Part shown: positions 33,083 through 43,785 of the stretch, piece after piece
How positions within the stretch are numbered: position 1 is the stretch's first letter
How the letters are laid out: each line of letters opens with the position of its first letter
Translations under genes and position numbers: made by a program
The notes under the pieces: generated by a model
The model's database searches: none
The model's input: only the letters and a program-made list of their open reading frames with translations
What the model was told of the DNA's origin: nothing
NCBI GenBank assembly: GCA_002367635.1
Contig: DFDI01000014.1
Coordinates: 4,966 to 68,965 of the forward strand
DNA length: 64,000 nucleotides
Source: Betaproteobacteria bacterium UBA3031
GTDB lineage: Bacteria; Pseudomonadota; Gammaproteobacteria; Burkholderiales; Eutrophovitaceae
Direction: 5' to 3'

Positions 33083-34369
33083 TTGAGCAAATCGCTTGCA
33101 GATTGGTTGTGTCGCATTAACTCGACGCACCACAAAGAGATCGATCTAAGTCTGGATCGACTCCAAACAGTTATCCAGGATATGTCGCTTCGCCCTCAAT
33201 GTCCCGTCATTACCGTTGGTGGCACGAACGGTAAGGGATCTACTTGCGCGATGCTGGAGGCGATTTATACGAAAGCAGGCTATCGCGTAGGTGTGTTTGC
33301 ATCGCCGCACCTGATTCGTTTCAACGAGAGAATTAGATTGGCTAATGCGGAGGTTGATGATGACGCCATCATTTCTTCATTTGAGCGAATAGATCACGCC
33401 CGAGGAGATGTAAGTCTTACTTATTTTGAATTTTCATTTCTGGCAGCTCTGGATATTTTTATAGGACAAAGTTCTGATGTAATTATTTTAGAGATTGGTC
33501 TTGGAGGCCGTTTGGATGCGGCGAATGTTTTGGATCCTATTTGTGCCATTGTGACGAACGTAGCGCTGGATCACATGGAGTATTTGGGGGATACCCGAGA
33601 GAAGATTGGTGCCGAGAAAGCCGCAATTTTTAGAGGTCGTGATGCATACTCAATATGCGGAGATGAAGACCCACCTCAATCGCTCATAGATGCTGCTTTT
33701 GCGATAGGGGCTGACCTGCAATTAATTGCCAGAGATTTTGGCTTTATAAGAGAAGCCTCTAGTTGGAGGTTCTGGTCTACAGGGGGAGTTCGGATGAACT
33801 TAGCCTTTCCGCACATGCAAGGGGACCATCAGTTAGTGAATGCGAGCGTGGCAATTCAGGCCGCTACTCTTCTTAAAAATATGTTGCCAATCGATGCTGC
33901 GGCAATTCGGGAAGGTCTCTTGACGGCGGCAAGGTTGGGGCGGTTTCAAGTGTTGCCGTCACGCCCATTGGTAGTGTTGGATGTGGCTCATAATGTTGCG
34001 TCTGTAACCAGTTTAGTCGGAGAATTGAAACGGGCGCCCTTCGCGGGGAAAACAAGAGTTATTTTTGGAGTGATGGCTGATAAGCAATACGTCGAGATGA
34101 TCAGTTTGCTGGCCTCTGTAGCTGATCAGTTGTTCGTGTGTGGACTGGAAGGCGACCGATCTGCTGATCCGGATGTCGTGGTATCGCGGGCGACTATGCG
34201 TCTAGCTAGAGATAAAGTAATAGCATGGAGTTCGGTGTATAAGGCGATGGATAAGCTACTCGAGGTCAGCGAGTCGAATGATAGAATTGTGATATGCGGC
34301 TCTTTTTTGACTGTATCGGCTGCGTTAAATCACCCATTTGTTGCCAGCTTAGTACATAATAGAATCTAA
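33083..34369 (+). CDS. folC: Bifunctional folylpolyglutamate synthase / dihydrofolate synthase
   Basis: P-loop VGGTNGKGST, SPHL..F.ERI and the Mur-ligase pattern. TTG start. Confidence 0.92.
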   Translation: MSKSLADWLCRINSTHHKEIDLSLDRLQTVIQDMSLRPQCPVITVGGTNGKGSTCAMLEAIYTKAGYRVGVFASPHLIRFNERIRLANAEVDDDAIISSFERIDHARGDVSLTYFEFSFLAALDIFIGQSSDVIILEIGLGGRLDAANVLDPICAIVTNVALDHMEYLGDTREKIGAEKAAIFRGRDAYSICGDEDPPQSLIDAAFAIGADLQLIARDFGFIREASSWRFWSTGGVRMNLAFPHMQGDHQLVNASVAIQAATLLKNMLPIDAAAIREGLLTAARLGRFQVLPSRPLVVLDVAHNVASVTSLVGELKRAPFAGKTRVIFGVMADKQYVEMISLLASVADQLFVCGLEGDRSADPDVVVSRATMRLARDKVIAWSSVYKAMDKLLEVSESNDRIVICGSFLTVSAALNHPFVASLVHNRI

Positions 34370-34391
34370 ACGAAGGCACTTAAGACGAATT

Positions 34392-34952
34392 ATGCTGGTA
34401 GGAGACGAGGCGGACGAACTGGAACTAAAGAAGCGGGCGAGGCGGAGGCTCGTTGGAGCCGTTGTGTTGGTTCTTCTAGTGGTCACGCTGGTTCCGCTGC
34501 TGCTCGACAATGAGCCCAGAAAAATATCTGATGATGTAGAAATAAATATAATTTCTACATCTAGATCACAGGATTCGTCAGAAGATAGAGATGCGGAGTC
34601 AATCGCGGAGTCTGATTATGATGTGCCATTGGCAGCTAAACAAAAGCCTCTTAGCTCTGTGCAAAGCTCGATAAACCCTGACTCGACTAAAGTGGCTGAT
34701 GATAAGGGTGCGGGGTATGTTGTTCGATTGGGTTTGTTTTCTCAAGAAAAAGGCATTACAGATTACGTTCAAAAGCTGGAATCTAGTGGCTTCTCGGTAA
34801 TTACTGAAAGAATTGAAACATCGAAAGGGCCGAGGACTCTTGTGTTGGTGGGTCTTTACTCATCAAAGGATCAAGCAGAGCGTGCACTTGAGCGTTTGAA
34901 CGCTAGCAAGCTGACCTACGGTGACGCTAAAATTACTCGAACTAAACCGTAG
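34392..34952 (+). CDS. SPOR-domain cell-division protein (DedD-like)
   Basis: N-terminal basic region plus one TM (RRRLVGAVVLVLLVVTLVPLLL), a low-complexity linker and a C-terminal SPOR-like repeat (YVVRLGLFS...LVLVGLYSSKDQAERAL). It sits at the conserved folC-dedD-cvpA-purF position. Confidence 0.8.
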   Translation: MLVGDEADELELKKRARRRLVGAVVLVLLVVTLVPLLLDNEPRKISDDVEINIISTSRSQDSSEDRDAESIAESDYDVPLAAKQKPLSSVQSSINPDSTKVADDKGAGYVVRLGLFSQEKGITDYVQKLESSGFSVITERIETSKGPRTLVLVGLYSSKDQAERALERLNASKLTYGDAKITRTKP

Positions 34953-34966
34953 ACTCATATCTTGGC

Positions 34967-35467
34967 ATGGAACTAAACCTCAATTGGTTTGATTATGGAT
35001 TCATCGCCCTTTTACTTATTTCGACAAGTTACGGGTTTTATCGTGGCTTTACGCGTGAATTTTTTTCTCTTTTAACCTGGGTTTTAGCCTTCTGGATATC
35101 AAAATTTTCTGTTGTTCCTGTCTCGGGATTATTTGATCAAATAATTATCAGTCCCAGGATTCGGTTAATTGTTAGTTTTGTCGGGGTTCTAATTTTAACG
35201 CTGTTTTTATTTCATTTTCTTACTGTTAAGCTTTCTAGATTGGTGAAGTCGTCAGCGCTCACGGGAATGGATCGCGCGTTAGGGTCTTTATTTGGATTGG
35301 CTCGGGGAGTTTTAATTTCAGCGCTAGCAGTTATTATTTTGAGTTCGACGGAGTTTCCCCGGAAGCTTGAATGGCAGGACGCTCAGTTGCGGTTTCCATT
35401 GGAGGTGGTTGCTTCATTTCTTCAACTAAAAATGCCTGAACTTGAGTGGGATATCTCATCAAAGTGA
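34967..35467 (+). CDS. cvpA: Colicin V production membrane protein
   Basis: 166 aa, 4 TM, N-terminus NWFDYGFIALLLIS..YGFYRGF typical of CvpA. Lies upstream of purF. Confidence 0.88.
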   Translation: MELNLNWFDYGFIALLLISTSYGFYRGFTREFFSLLTWVLAFWISKFSVVPVSGLFDQIIISPRIRLIVSFVGVLILTLFLFHFLTVKLSRLVKSSALTGMDRALGSLFGLARGVLISALAVIILSSTEFPRKLEWQDAQLRFPLEVVASFLQLKMPELEWDISSK

Positions 35468-35516
35468 TAGGCAGGATGTATATAATCGATTTGGAACTTA
35501 CTCAGGGAGATTTTTG

Positions 35517-37034
35517 ATGTGCGGTTTGCTTGGAGCAGTAGCAAAGTCACCAGTTAATCAACTGCTATACGATGGATTGCAGGTGCTCCAACATCGAGGT
35601 CAAGATGCGGCGGGGATTGTGACGGCAGATGGCCCTAATTTCCATATGCATAAGGGTGGAGGGTTGGTTCGCGACGTATTCAGAACTCGAGATATGCGGT
35701 TGTTGGTCGGAAACTCTGGTATTGGTCATTGTAGGTACCCTACCGCCGGATCCGCTAACTCTTTTGATGAAGCTCAGCCAATGTACGTGAATTCTCCATT
35801 TGGGATAGTTCTTGGGCACAATGGAAACTTAACCAACTCTGATAAGTTGAAGGTTGAGCTTTTCCGACAAGACCTTAGGCACGTCAATACGAACTCCGAC
35901 TCCGAGGTTTTATTGAATGTTTTTGCTCATGAATTACAGAAATCTAGTGTTGGTGTTAACTTAACCACTGAGGCTATTTTTGAAGCTGTCAAAGGTGTTC
36001 ATCGGCGGGTGAAGGGTGCGTATGCGGTTGTTGCTATGATTTCGGGCTACGGATTGCTTGCCTTTCGCGATCCGTTCGGAATTAGGCCCCTTGTTTATGG
36101 CATGAGACAAAAAGGCTCTGAGCAAGAGTATCTGGTTGCTTCGGAAACGGTAGCGTTAGATACGCTCGGTTTTAAGTATGTCAGAGATGTTGAGCCTGGC
36201 GAGGCAGTATTTATCTCAAATGATGGCATGGTTAGTGAACAACAATGTGCCGCTAATCCAATGCGATACCCTTGTATTTTTGAATATGTCTACCTGGCTA
36301 GACCTGATTCGGTTATTGATGGCATTTCCGTACATGAGACCAGGATGCGGATGGGGGAAACTCTTGCGAGTAGGATTAAATCTCAATATTCGGACTTAAA
36401 AATAGATGTTGTAATTCCGATTCCAGAGTCTAGCCGACCATCGGCGATGGAAATTGCTGATGGGATTGGAGTGCCCTACCGCGAGGGGTTTATTAAAAAT
36501 CGGTATATTGGCCGGACCTTCATTATGCCGGGTCGAGAAGTTAGAGAAAAATCAGTCCGACAAAAGCTCAATGCAATCGGATCCGAATTTAAAGGTAAAA
36601 ATGTATTGCTTGTCGATGACTCCATTGTGCGGGGGACCACCAGTCGAGAAATTGTGCAAATGGCGAGAGATGCTGGGGCAACTCAGGTGTACTTCGCGTC
36701 TGCCGCGCCTCCGGTTCGTTTTCCCAACGTTTATGGCATTGATATGCCAAGCTCAAAGGAGTTGATAGCGCATGGTCGGGATGAAGAGGCGATAGCGGCT
36801 GAAATCGGAGTTGATCGTATCATCTATCAAACCGTTGAAGATCTTATAGCTGGCTGCGCTTCGTTCAATCCGAAAATCACACAGTTTGAAACTTCGTGCT
36901 TCACCGGGGAGTACGTGACGGGAGACGTATCGGCAGACTACTTAGCTTCTGTAGAGTGCGAACGAAACGATGAGAAACTGTCGTCAGTTTTTGAGGCGAC
37001 GGCTGATTTAGACTTGGATGTAATTAATGGGTAG
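35517..37034 (+). CDS. purF: Amidophosphoribosyltransferase
   Basis: Starts MCGLLG (N-terminal nucleophile Cys) and has the PRPP motif LVDDSIVRGTT. The ORF track start at 35442 is an upstream in-frame extension. Confidence 0.95.
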   Translation: MCGLLGAVAKSPVNQLLYDGLQVLQHRGQDAAGIVTADGPNFHMHKGGGLVRDVFRTRDMRLLVGNSGIGHCRYPTAGSANSFDEAQPMYVNSPFGIVLGHNGNLTNSDKLKVELFRQDLRHVNTNSDSEVLLNVFAHELQKSSVGVNLTTEAIFEAVKGVHRRVKGAYAVVAMISGYGLLAFRDPFGIRPLVYGMRQKGSEQEYLVASETVALDTLGFKYVRDVEPGEAVFISNDGMVSEQQCAANPMRYPCIFEYVYLARPDSVIDGISVHETRMRMGETLASRIKSQYSDLKIDVVIPIPESSRPSAMEIADGIGVPYREGFIKNRYIGRTFIMPGREVREKSVRQKLNAIGSEFKGKNVLLVDDSIVRGTTSREIVQMARDAGATQVYFASAAPPVRFPNVYGIDMPSSKELIAHGRDEEAIAAEIGVDRIIYQTVEDLIAGCASFNPKITQFETSCFTGEYVTGDVSADYLASVECERNDEKLSSVFEATADLDLDVING

Positions 37035-37056
37035 GCCGAGTCTTAAATTGGCTGCT

Positions 37057-37791
37057 TCAATCGAAAAATTGGTCTAAGTAGCCCGATTCATTAATCACTA
37101 AGGCTTGCCCTCGAGTGCGCCAATCTGCGAGCACGAATCTTTCTAGAGTTTGTTCATTAACCAACTGTTTATGATGGGCATGGCGGTGCGTGTGCCCATG
37201 AATAATTCTGCGACAATTGTACGTTTCAAATGCTTTGTCTACGGTTTGAATTGAAACATCCATAATTTCAGCAGTCTTGTTTACTTTTGAGGCATCACTT
37301 TTTTCTCGATAACTCTGTGCCCGGTTGTTCCTCTCGTTAATAGGTAGTTTTACAAAATCATCGATCCACTGATTAGATCTAACAATTGAACGTATTGCTT
37401 GGTACTCTGTGTCCTCAGTACACCATTGATCTCCGTGGCTTAGCAGTGTTTTTTCGCCATGAATCTCTATGAGGTAAGGATCTGAAAGCATCTCCCCATG
37501 TGTCAGTTCGGCGAATTGCTCACCCATCAAAAAGTCTCTATTGCCTTGCATGAGGCTGAGCTTGGCTCCTGCATCTGTTAAAGCTCTTAGCGCTGGCACG
37601 ACAGTCGAAAATAGGGGGTTGTTGATGTCGTCATCTCCGACCCAATAGTCAAATAGGTCACCGAGAATAAATAGGTGATTAGAGGGGGCCGCATATCTCT
37701 CGAGCAACCGCAAAAATATGTTTGTTTTTGCGGTTGCTGAGAGAGATAAATGTAGGTCCGCAATGAAAATGAAATTTATATTAGGTTTCAT
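37057..37791 (-). CDS. lpxH: UDP-2,3-diacylglucosamine diphosphatase
   Basis: Metallophosphoesterase motifs FIADLHL, ILGDLFDYWVGDD, GNRDF and HGHTHR, 244 aa. Confidence 0.92.
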   Translation of the reverse strand: MKPNINFIFIADLHLSLSATAKTNIFLRLLERYAAPSNHLFILGDLFDYWVGDDDINNPLFSTVVPALRALTDAGAKLSLMQGNRDFLMGEQFAELTHGEMLSDPYLIEIHGEKTLLSHGDQWCTEDTEYQAIRSIVRSNQWIDDFVKLPINERNNRAQSYREKSDASKVNKTAEIMDVSIQTVDKAFETYNCRRIIHGHTHRHAHHKQLVNEQTLERFVLADWRTRGQALVINESGYLDQFFD

Positions 37792-37820
37792 TTGCTTATA
37801 GCAGGATGTATCGCATTCCG

Positions 37821-38321
37821 TCAGATCCGTGTCACATTTTCAATGATGACTGTCTCACTGGGCACATCTTGATGGAATCCACTGGTTCTTGTTGCGACGC
37901 CTTTAATTTTATCGACTACTGGTTCTCCTTCTACGACCTTAGCAAATACACAGTATCCGTATCCTTGGGGTGTTTTAGATGAGAAGTTAAGGAAGTCGTT
38001 ATTAGATACATTAATAAAGAACTGGGAAGTAGCTGAGTGAACATCGTTAGTTCGAGCCATTGCGAGGGTATAAGCTTCATTCTTTAACCCGTTATTGGCC
38101 TCATTTTCGATTGGCGCCTGAGTCTCTTTCTCTTTCATATTTGAATCCATGCCGCCACATTGGATCATGAATCCGTTAATAACCCGATGAAAGATTGTGC
38201 TGTCGTAGAAGCTAGAATCTACATAATGTAGAAAGTTTTCTACTGTTTTCGGGGCTTTTTCTTCATCTAGCTCAATGACGATATCTCCCATTGAGGTTTT
38301 TATTTTTACTTGTGTGGCCAT
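37821..38321 (-). CDS. ppiB: Peptidyl-prolyl cis-trans isomerase (cytoplasmic cyclophilin)
   Basis: 166 aa with [13 protein letters not shown] and SQFFIN. No signal peptide. Confidence 0.93.
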   Translation of the reverse strand: MATQVKIKTSMGDIVIELDEEKAPKTVENFLHYVDSSFYDSTIFHRVINGFMIQCGGMDSNMKEKETQAPIENEANNGLKNEAYTLAMARTNDVHSATSQFFINVSNNDFLNFSSKTPQGYGYCVFAKVVEGEPVVDKIKGVATRTSGFHQDVPSETVIIENVTRI

Positions 38322-38482
38322 TAATTTCTCTCTGTAATGTTGTGTGAATGTGACTTCTTTAATTCTTAAACTAGTTGAACACTTCTAAACTTGATGCGGT
38401 TTAATGCAGCAGCCTGGCTAACGATATCAGAAATGGTGTCTGCGAGTCCATGTGAGCTGCGATCTGTCGGCGTTTATGATGT

Positions 38483-38516
38483 TAAAAAGAGGTGCTCTGC
38501 TATACTTCACACCTCT
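38483..38516 (-). terminator. Weak terminator-like hairpin oriented on the minus strand in the ppiB-cysS spacer
   Basis: Minus strand reads AGAGGTG-15 nt-CACCTCT followed by TTTTAAC (plus-strand arms at 38488-38494 and 38510-38516). The stem is only 7 bp and the loop is large, so this is a weak call. Confidence 0.3.
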
Positions 38517-38587
38517 AAATTAAGCGTTGGACAAACACTTAGTTGAATTTTTTTATGTAGTTTTTTAACGTGACTCGATATTGCGAT

Positions 38588-39961
38588 ATGTTGAAAATTT
38601 TTAATACCCTTACTCGTAATAAAGAAGTTTTTAAGCCGATTCAAGAAAATTCGGTGCGTATGTACGTCTGTGGAATGACGGTTTACGATTTCTGCCATTT
38701 GGGCCATGCGCGAGTAATGGTTGTTTTTGACATGGTTCGAAGTTGGCTTCGGTCATCTGGTTACGATGTGCTTTATGTTCGAAATATTACTGATATCGAT
38801 GACAAGATTATAAATAGGGCGAATGAGAATCAAGAGACATTCTTAGATTTGACTGAGCGCTATATTCAAGCCATGAATGATGATGCCGCGGCCCTTGGTG
38901 TTTCCACGCCAGACTTTGAACCGAAGGCTTCCGATAATATCCCACAGATGATTGCGCTGATTCAGCAGTTGTTTGCAAAGGGGTTGGCATATGAAGGTCC
39001 TACTGGAGATGTCTATTACTCAGTTAATAAATTCAAGGGTTACGGCAAATTGTCTGGAAAGTCACTGGAGGATCTTCGAGCTGGTGAGCGAGTGGATGTT
39101 AACCCCGACAAAATATATCCCATGGATTTTGTACTTTGGAAGGCCGCCAAGCCAGGGGAGCCATCCTGGCCATCTCCTTGGGGTAAAGGAAGGCCAGGTT
39201 GGCACATTGAATGCTCAGCAATGAGTGAGAGATATTTGGGTGCGCACTTTGATATTCATGGTGGAGGACAGGATCTTCAATTTCCTCATCATGAGAATGA
39301 GATTGCTCAGTCCGAGGGTGCGCATGATCATCAGTTTGTAAATTACTGGATGCATAATGGGTTTGTTCGTGTCGACGATCAAAAGATGTCTAAATCACTG
39401 GGCAATTTTTTTACCGTTCGGGAGATACTGAGCAGATATGACGCAGAGGTGATTCGATTCTTCATTCTTAGAGCGCATTATCGAAGCCCACTAAATTATT
39501 CTGATCATCATTTGGATGATGCCAAGTTGGGATTGACTCGCTTGTATACTTCGCTAAAGGGTATCTCCTTCGATGCTGTTTCTGATGAGGTTGACTGGGG
39601 TGATTGTCGAGCTAACAATTTCCGAGCCGCATTAGATGATGATCTCAATACGCCTGAGGCGATGTCGGTGTTATTTGATTTGGTGAGTGACTTGAATCGG
39701 GACCGGAGTGTCACCACAGCAAAACTATTGAAGGGTTTAGCGGGAGTTTTAGGTCTTCTGGGGAGAGACCCATCTCAGTTCCTTCAGGCTGGAGGAGATT
39801 CTGAATTGTCAGCTGCTGAGATTGACGCCATGATTAAGGAAAGGGACGAGGCTCGGGCAAACAAAAAATTTGATGATGCGGATGAGGTAAGAGACCGGCT
39901 ATTAAAGGCCGGGATTATCTTAGAAGATGCATCGGGAAAAACGACTTGGCGAAGATCTTAA
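38588..39961 (+). CDS. cysS: Cysteinyl-tRNA synthetase
   Basis: [10 protein letters not shown] aligns with the E. coli CysS N-terminus. HIGH-type CHLGHAR and KMSKSLGN are present. The ORF track start at 38570 is an upstream GTG. Confidence 0.95.
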   Translation: MLKIFNTLTRNKEVFKPIQENSVRMYVCGMTVYDFCHLGHARVMVVFDMVRSWLRSSGYDVLYVRNITDIDDKIINRANENQETFLDLTERYIQAMNDDAAALGVSTPDFEPKASDNIPQMIALIQQLFAKGLAYEGPTGDVYYSVNKFKGYGKLSGKSLEDLRAGERVDVNPDKIYPMDFVLWKAAKPGEPSWPSPWGKGRPGWHIECSAMSERYLGAHFDIHGGGQDLQFPHHENEIAQSEGAHDHQFVNYWMHNGFVRVDDQKMSKSLGNFFTVREILSRYDAEVIRFFILRAHYRSPLNYSDHHLDDAKLGLTRLYTSLKGISFDAVSDEVDWGDCRANNFRAALDDDLNTPEAMSVLFDLVSDLNRDRSVTTAKLLKGLAGVLGLLGRDPSQFLQAGGDSELSAAEIDAMIKERDEARANKKFDDADEVRDRLLKAGIILEDASGKTTWRRS

Positions 39962-41079
39962 CCTTCAAAAAAACTTTTCACTTTATCCATCCACGATTTC
40001 GCCTTTGGGCTGTGTAAATGAGTGTTAGATTGATTGATTTCTTCAAGGTCAGCGAGTAATTCTTTCTGCCTATCAGTTAAATTAACTGGAGTTTCGACAA
40101 GGACTCGACACATCAGGTCGCCGTATCCGCTACTGCGAACGCCTTTGATCCCTTTTCCGCGCAACCTAAAAGTCTTGCCTGTTTGTGTCTCAGAGGAAAT
40201 TTTTATTTTGGCAGAGCCATCAAGCGTTGGAACTCGAATCTCTCCTCCTAAAGCAGCGGTGGAAAAACTGATCGGCATCTCGCAGTGAAGATTATTTCCA
40301 TCTCGCGTAAAGACTTCGTGCGCCAGAGTGTTGACGACCACATAAAGGTCCCCTGAAGGGCCTCCATTCACGCCGGCCTCCCCCTCCCCTGACAGCCGTA
40401 TACGGTCGCCTTGATCTACTCCCGCAGGGATTTTTACTGATAGTGTTTTGTTGTCCCTAACTCTGCCTTGCCCACTACAATCACCACACGGGGAGCCAAT
40501 GACTTTTCCAGACCCCTGACAATCGGGACATGTTTGGGCAATGGAGAAGAATCCCTGAGTGACGCGCACCTGTCCTTGGCCTTGACATGTTGGGCAGGTG
40601 GTTGGTGAGGTTCCTGGCTTGGCGCCGGTTCCTTCGCATGGGTTACATTCTTTGTAGGATGGAATCCTGATTTTCGTTTCAGTACCCCTTGCTGCTTCTT
40701 CAAGTGAAATTTCAAGGTTGTATTTAAGGTCCGATCCACGATAAACATTTGAGCGCCTGCCTCCGCGACCACCGCCGAAGACATCGCCAAAAATATCACC
40801 AAATGAGTCAGAGAATCCCCCGAATCCGTTCCCCCCCCCCATGCCTGCAGACCCATCAAGACCAGCGTGCCCGTATTGATCATAGGCGGCTCTTTTTTCG
40901 GGATCTGATAAAACCTCATAGGCTTCCTTCACTTCCGTAAACTGTCCTTCAGCTTTCGGATTGTCTGGATTTTTATCGGGATGGTACTTCATGGCAAGCC
41001 GTCGATAGATCTTCTTTAGGTCACTATCGTTTGCATCCCGACTGATTCCTAGCACTTCGTAATAATCTCTTTTTGCCAT
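39958..41079 (-). CDS. dnaJ: Chaperone DnaJ
   Basis: J domain (DYYEVLG...KYHPDKNP), G/F-rich region, and four CxxCxGxG zinc-finger repeats. Its stop codon overlaps the cysS stop within TTAA (39958-39961). Confidence 0.96.
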   Translation of the reverse strand: MAKRDYYEVLGISRDANDSDLKKIYRRLAMKYHPDKNPDNPKAEGQFTEVKEAYEVLSDPEKRAAYDQYGHAGLDGSAGMGGGNGFGGFSDSFGDIFGDVFGGGRGGRRSNVYRGSDLKYNLEISLEEAARGTETKIRIPSYKECNPCEGTGAKPGTSPTTCPTCQGQGQVRVTQGFFSIAQTCPDCQGSGKVIGSPCGDCSGQGRVRDNKTLSVKIPAGVDQGDRIRLSGEGEAGVNGGPSGDLYVVVNTLAHEVFTRDGNNLHCEMPISFSTAALGGEIRVPTLDGSAKIKISSETQTGKTFRLRGKGIKGVRSSGYGDLMCRVLVETPVNLTDRQKELLADLEEINQSNTHLHSPKAKSWMDKVKSFFEG

Positions 41080-41106
41080 AATTAATTTTTGCGTTAATCG
41101 GTCTTT

Positions 41107-41143
41107 AAAAAAACAAAATAGTCGAGAGAGAAACCTTCTCGAC
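41107..41143 (-). terminator. Intercistronic intrinsic terminator/attenuator between dnaK and dnaJ
   Basis: Minus strand reads GTCGAGA-9 nt-TCTCGAC followed by TATTTTGTTTTTTT (plus-strand arms at 41121-41127 and 41137-41143). Confidence 0.6.
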
Positions 41144-41175
41144 CATTGCTTTACTGCATGATCTAATATTTACAA

Positions 41176-43098
41176 TTACGATGTTTTTTTATCGTCTTCA
41201 ACTTCTTCAAATTCTGCGTCGACAACATCTCCATCATTATCTTGGGTCCCATCTTGACCGTCACCAGACGCCGATTCAGCCTGTTCTGCATACATTTTTT
41301 CTGCTAAAGATTGAGCCAGGACCGTCAACACTTGTGATTTAGCTTCGATGTCGTCTTTATCACCATTTTTTAATGCCTCTTCAGCATCCTTTGCTGCGTC
41401 CTCAATCTTCGTTTTTTCCTCTGCGGAAACCTTGGCCTCATTTTCGCTGAGTGTTTTACGAACACTGTGTATAAGGGAGTCACACTGATTTCTTATGTCG
41501 ACTAATTCCCTGGCTTTTCGGTCGTCTTCAGCATGAGCCTCTGCGTCTTTGATCATTTTTTCGACTTCTTCATCGGATAGTCCAGAGTTAGCCTTGATGG
41601 TGACTTTATTTTCTTTCCCCGTTGCTTTATCTTTGGCCGAGACATGTAATATGCCGTTGGCATCAATATCGAAATTGACCTCGATTTGCGGCATCCCGCG
41701 CGAAGCTGCTGGAATGTCGGTCAAATTGAATTGACCCAAAGATTTATTATCTTTAGACATTTCACGTTCTCCTTGAAGGACGTGGATTGTGACCGCCGTT
41801 TGATTATCCTCAGCGGTTGAGAAAGCTTGATTCGCTTTCGTTGGTATGGTCGTATTCTTATGGATAAGCTTTGTCATAACGCCACCTAAAGTCTCGATTC
41901 CAAGTGATAGTGGTGTTACGTCGAGCAATAAGACATCCTTGACATCACCGCGCAAAACACCGCCTTGGATTGCGGCGCCTACCGCAACAGCTTCATCTGG
42001 ATTGACGTCTTTGCGTGGATCTTTGTTAAAGAAGTTCTTAACTGTTTCTTGAACCTTGGGCATTCTTGTCATGCCGCCAACAAGGATGATGTCATCGATG
42101 TCAGAGATTTTAACTCCTGCATCTTTGATTGCGACGCGACAAGGCTCAACCGTTCGGCTGATTAAGTCATCCACTAAGCTCTCGAGTTTAGCGCGTGTTA
42201 TTTTGACATTAAGGTGTTTGGGTCCTGACGCGTCAGCAGTGATGTAAGGTAAGTTCACATCTGTCTGTTGGCTGGAGGATAGTTCGATTTTTGCTTTCTC
42301 CGCTGCTTCTTTTAGACGTTGCAATGCTAAGACATCGCCGCGAAGGTTGATTCCTTGATCTTTCTTAAATTCGTCCGCTAAGTAATCGATGATTCGCTGG
42401 TCGAAATCTTCACCCCCTAAAAATGTATCTCCATTTGTAGAAAGCACCTCAAATTGTTGTTCGCCATCCACCTCAGCGATTTCGATAATTGAAACGTCGA
42501 AGGTCCCACCACCCAAGTCGTAAATGGCAATTTTTCTATCGCCTTGCTTTTTGTCCATGCCGAATGCAAGTGCTGCTGCAGTTGGCTCATTGATGATCCG
42601 CTTGACTTCCAATCCGGCTATTCTTCCGGCATCCTTGGTGGCTTGTCGTTGTGAATCGTTGAAGTATGCAGGGACTGTAATGACGGCCTCGGTGACTTCC
42701 TCGCCTAGATAATCCTCTGCTGTTTTCTTCATTTTCATGAGCACTTGGGCTGAAATTTCCGGAGGTGCACTTTGCTTTCCTCGAACCTCTACCCAGGCAT
42801 CACCATTTTTGGCACCAACTATCGCAAATGGAGAGTTCTCCTTTGCTTTCATAACCTCTGCATCTTTGAATCGGCGGCCAATTAATCGCTTGACTGCAAA
42901 TAAGGTATTTGCAGGGTTTGTAACAGCTTGTCTTTTGGCCGGCGCGCCCACAAGGACATCTCCATCTTCTGTGTAGGCAATGATTGAGGGCGTAGTGCGC
43001 CCGCCCTCGGCGTTTTCGAGTACCTTGACTTCGCCCCCATCCATGACGGCTACGCAGGAGTTTGTGGTTCCTAGATCAATACCAATGATTCTGCCCAT
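41176..43098 (-). CDS. dnaK: Chaperone DnaK (Hsp70)
   Basis: [22 protein letters not shown] and the acidic C-terminus. ATG 43098 is preceded by GAGGA; the ORF track start at 43113 adds 5 residues. Confidence 0.97.
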   Translation of the reverse strand: MGRIIGIDLGTTNSCVAVMDGGEVKVLENAEGGRTTPSIIAYTEDGDVLVGAPAKRQAVTNPANTLFAVKRLIGRRFKDAEVMKAKENSPFAIVGAKNGDAWVEVRGKQSAPPEISAQVLMKMKKTAEDYLGEEVTEAVITVPAYFNDSQRQATKDAGRIAGLEVKRIINEPTAAALAFGMDKKQGDRKIAIYDLGGGTFDVSIIEIAEVDGEQQFEVLSTNGDTFLGGEDFDQRIIDYLADEFKKDQGINLRGDVLALQRLKEAAEKAKIELSSSQQTDVNLPYITADASGPKHLNVKITRAKLESLVDDLISRTVEPCRVAIKDAGVKISDIDDIILVGGMTRMPKVQETVKNFFNKDPRKDVNPDEAVAVGAAIQGGVLRGDVKDVLLLDVTPLSLGIETLGGVMTKLIHKNTTIPTKANQAFSTAEDNQTAVTIHVLQGEREMSKDNKSLGQFNLTDIPAASRGMPQIEVNFDIDANGILHVSAKDKATGKENKVTIKANSGLSDEEVEKMIKDAEAHAEDDRKARELVDIRNQCDSLIHSVRKTLSENEAKVSAEEKTKIEDAAKDAEEALKNGDKDDIEAKSQVLTVLAQSLAEKMYAEQAESASGDGQDGTQDNDGDVVDAEFEEVEDDKKTS

Positions 43099-43132
43099 AT
43101 CTGTAATCCTCAATTTTATAAATGTTTGTCAT

Positions 43133-43161
43133 TAAGTGGGGTCGATTAGCTGCTTTTCAAC
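43133..43161 (-). promoter_or_regulatory. Sigma32-type heat-shock promoter for dnaK
   Basis: Minus strand reads GTTGAAA - 13 nt - CCCCACTTA, compared with the remembered consensus CTTGAAA-N13/14-CCCCATnTA. It lies 34 nt upstream of the dnaK ATG, just after the grpE stop. Confidence 0.65.
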
Positions 43162-43168
43162 CCTGCTG

Positions 43169-43753
43169 TTATTTGGATTTTGCTACGCTGACCAAGGCTG
43201 GACGGATCAGACGGTCGTTAAGCAGATATCCTTTTTGAAAAACGCTAAGAATGGTATTCGTAGCTTCATCTGAATCCACAGCACTCATCGCTTGATGCTT
43301 GTGAGGGTCGAGGATTTCTCCGAGTGGAGTGATTTCGCTAATCCCAAAGGATTCAAAGACTTTTGTTAATTGTTTTAGGGTCAAGTCGACTCCATCATGG
43401 ATGCCTTCAAATGTCACGTTGTCGGTTTTTAGCGCCGCTTCAAGACTATCTTTTACAACCAGCAGCTCCGTAGAAAAACGCTCTAACGCATATTTATGCG
43501 CGGCAGCGACATCTATTTGTGCTCGTTTTCGAACATTGTCTAATTCCGCCGTTGCACGTAACCACGCATCTTTATGTTTTTCAACGTCAGCAAGAGCTTG
43601 CTGGAGTTGTTCCGCGATGCTTTCTGATGTTTCCGGTTCTTGAGTGGAAGGCATTTCAGCGGTTTCAGCGACCTCTGAATTTAGTTCCGTATTTGCGATT
43701 GGGTCCTCGGATTTTTGACCCTTAACTGCTTCTTCATTTTCTTTTCCAGTCAT
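43169..43753 (-). CDS. grpE: Nucleotide exchange factor GrpE
   Basis: 194 aa with an acidic N-terminus, the coiled-coil segment WLRATAELDNVRKR, and the C-terminal pattern GYLLNDRLIRPALV. Confidence 0.93.
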   Translation of the reverse strand: MTGKENEEAVKGQKSEDPIANTELNSEVAETAEMPSTQEPETSESIAEQLQQALADVEKHKDAWLRATAELDNVRKRAQIDVAAAHKYALERFSTELLVVKDSLEAALKTDNVTFEGIHDGVDLTLKQLTKVFESFGISEITPLGEILDPHKHQAMSAVDSDEATNTILSVFQKGYLLNDRLIRPALVSVAKSK

Positions 43754-43785
43754 TACATAACCACTCCATGATATCTAAGTCGAAT

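Noticed and set aside
38394-38549. 51-codon plus-strand ORF (MRFNAAAWLTISEMV...) in the ppiB-cysS spacer
   Set aside because: There is no Shine-Dalgarno sequence, no recognisable motif, and the ORF runs through the hairpin. The 66-aa minus-strand ORF at 38507-38707 is likewise antisense to the cysS start. Neither can be supported from sequence alone.
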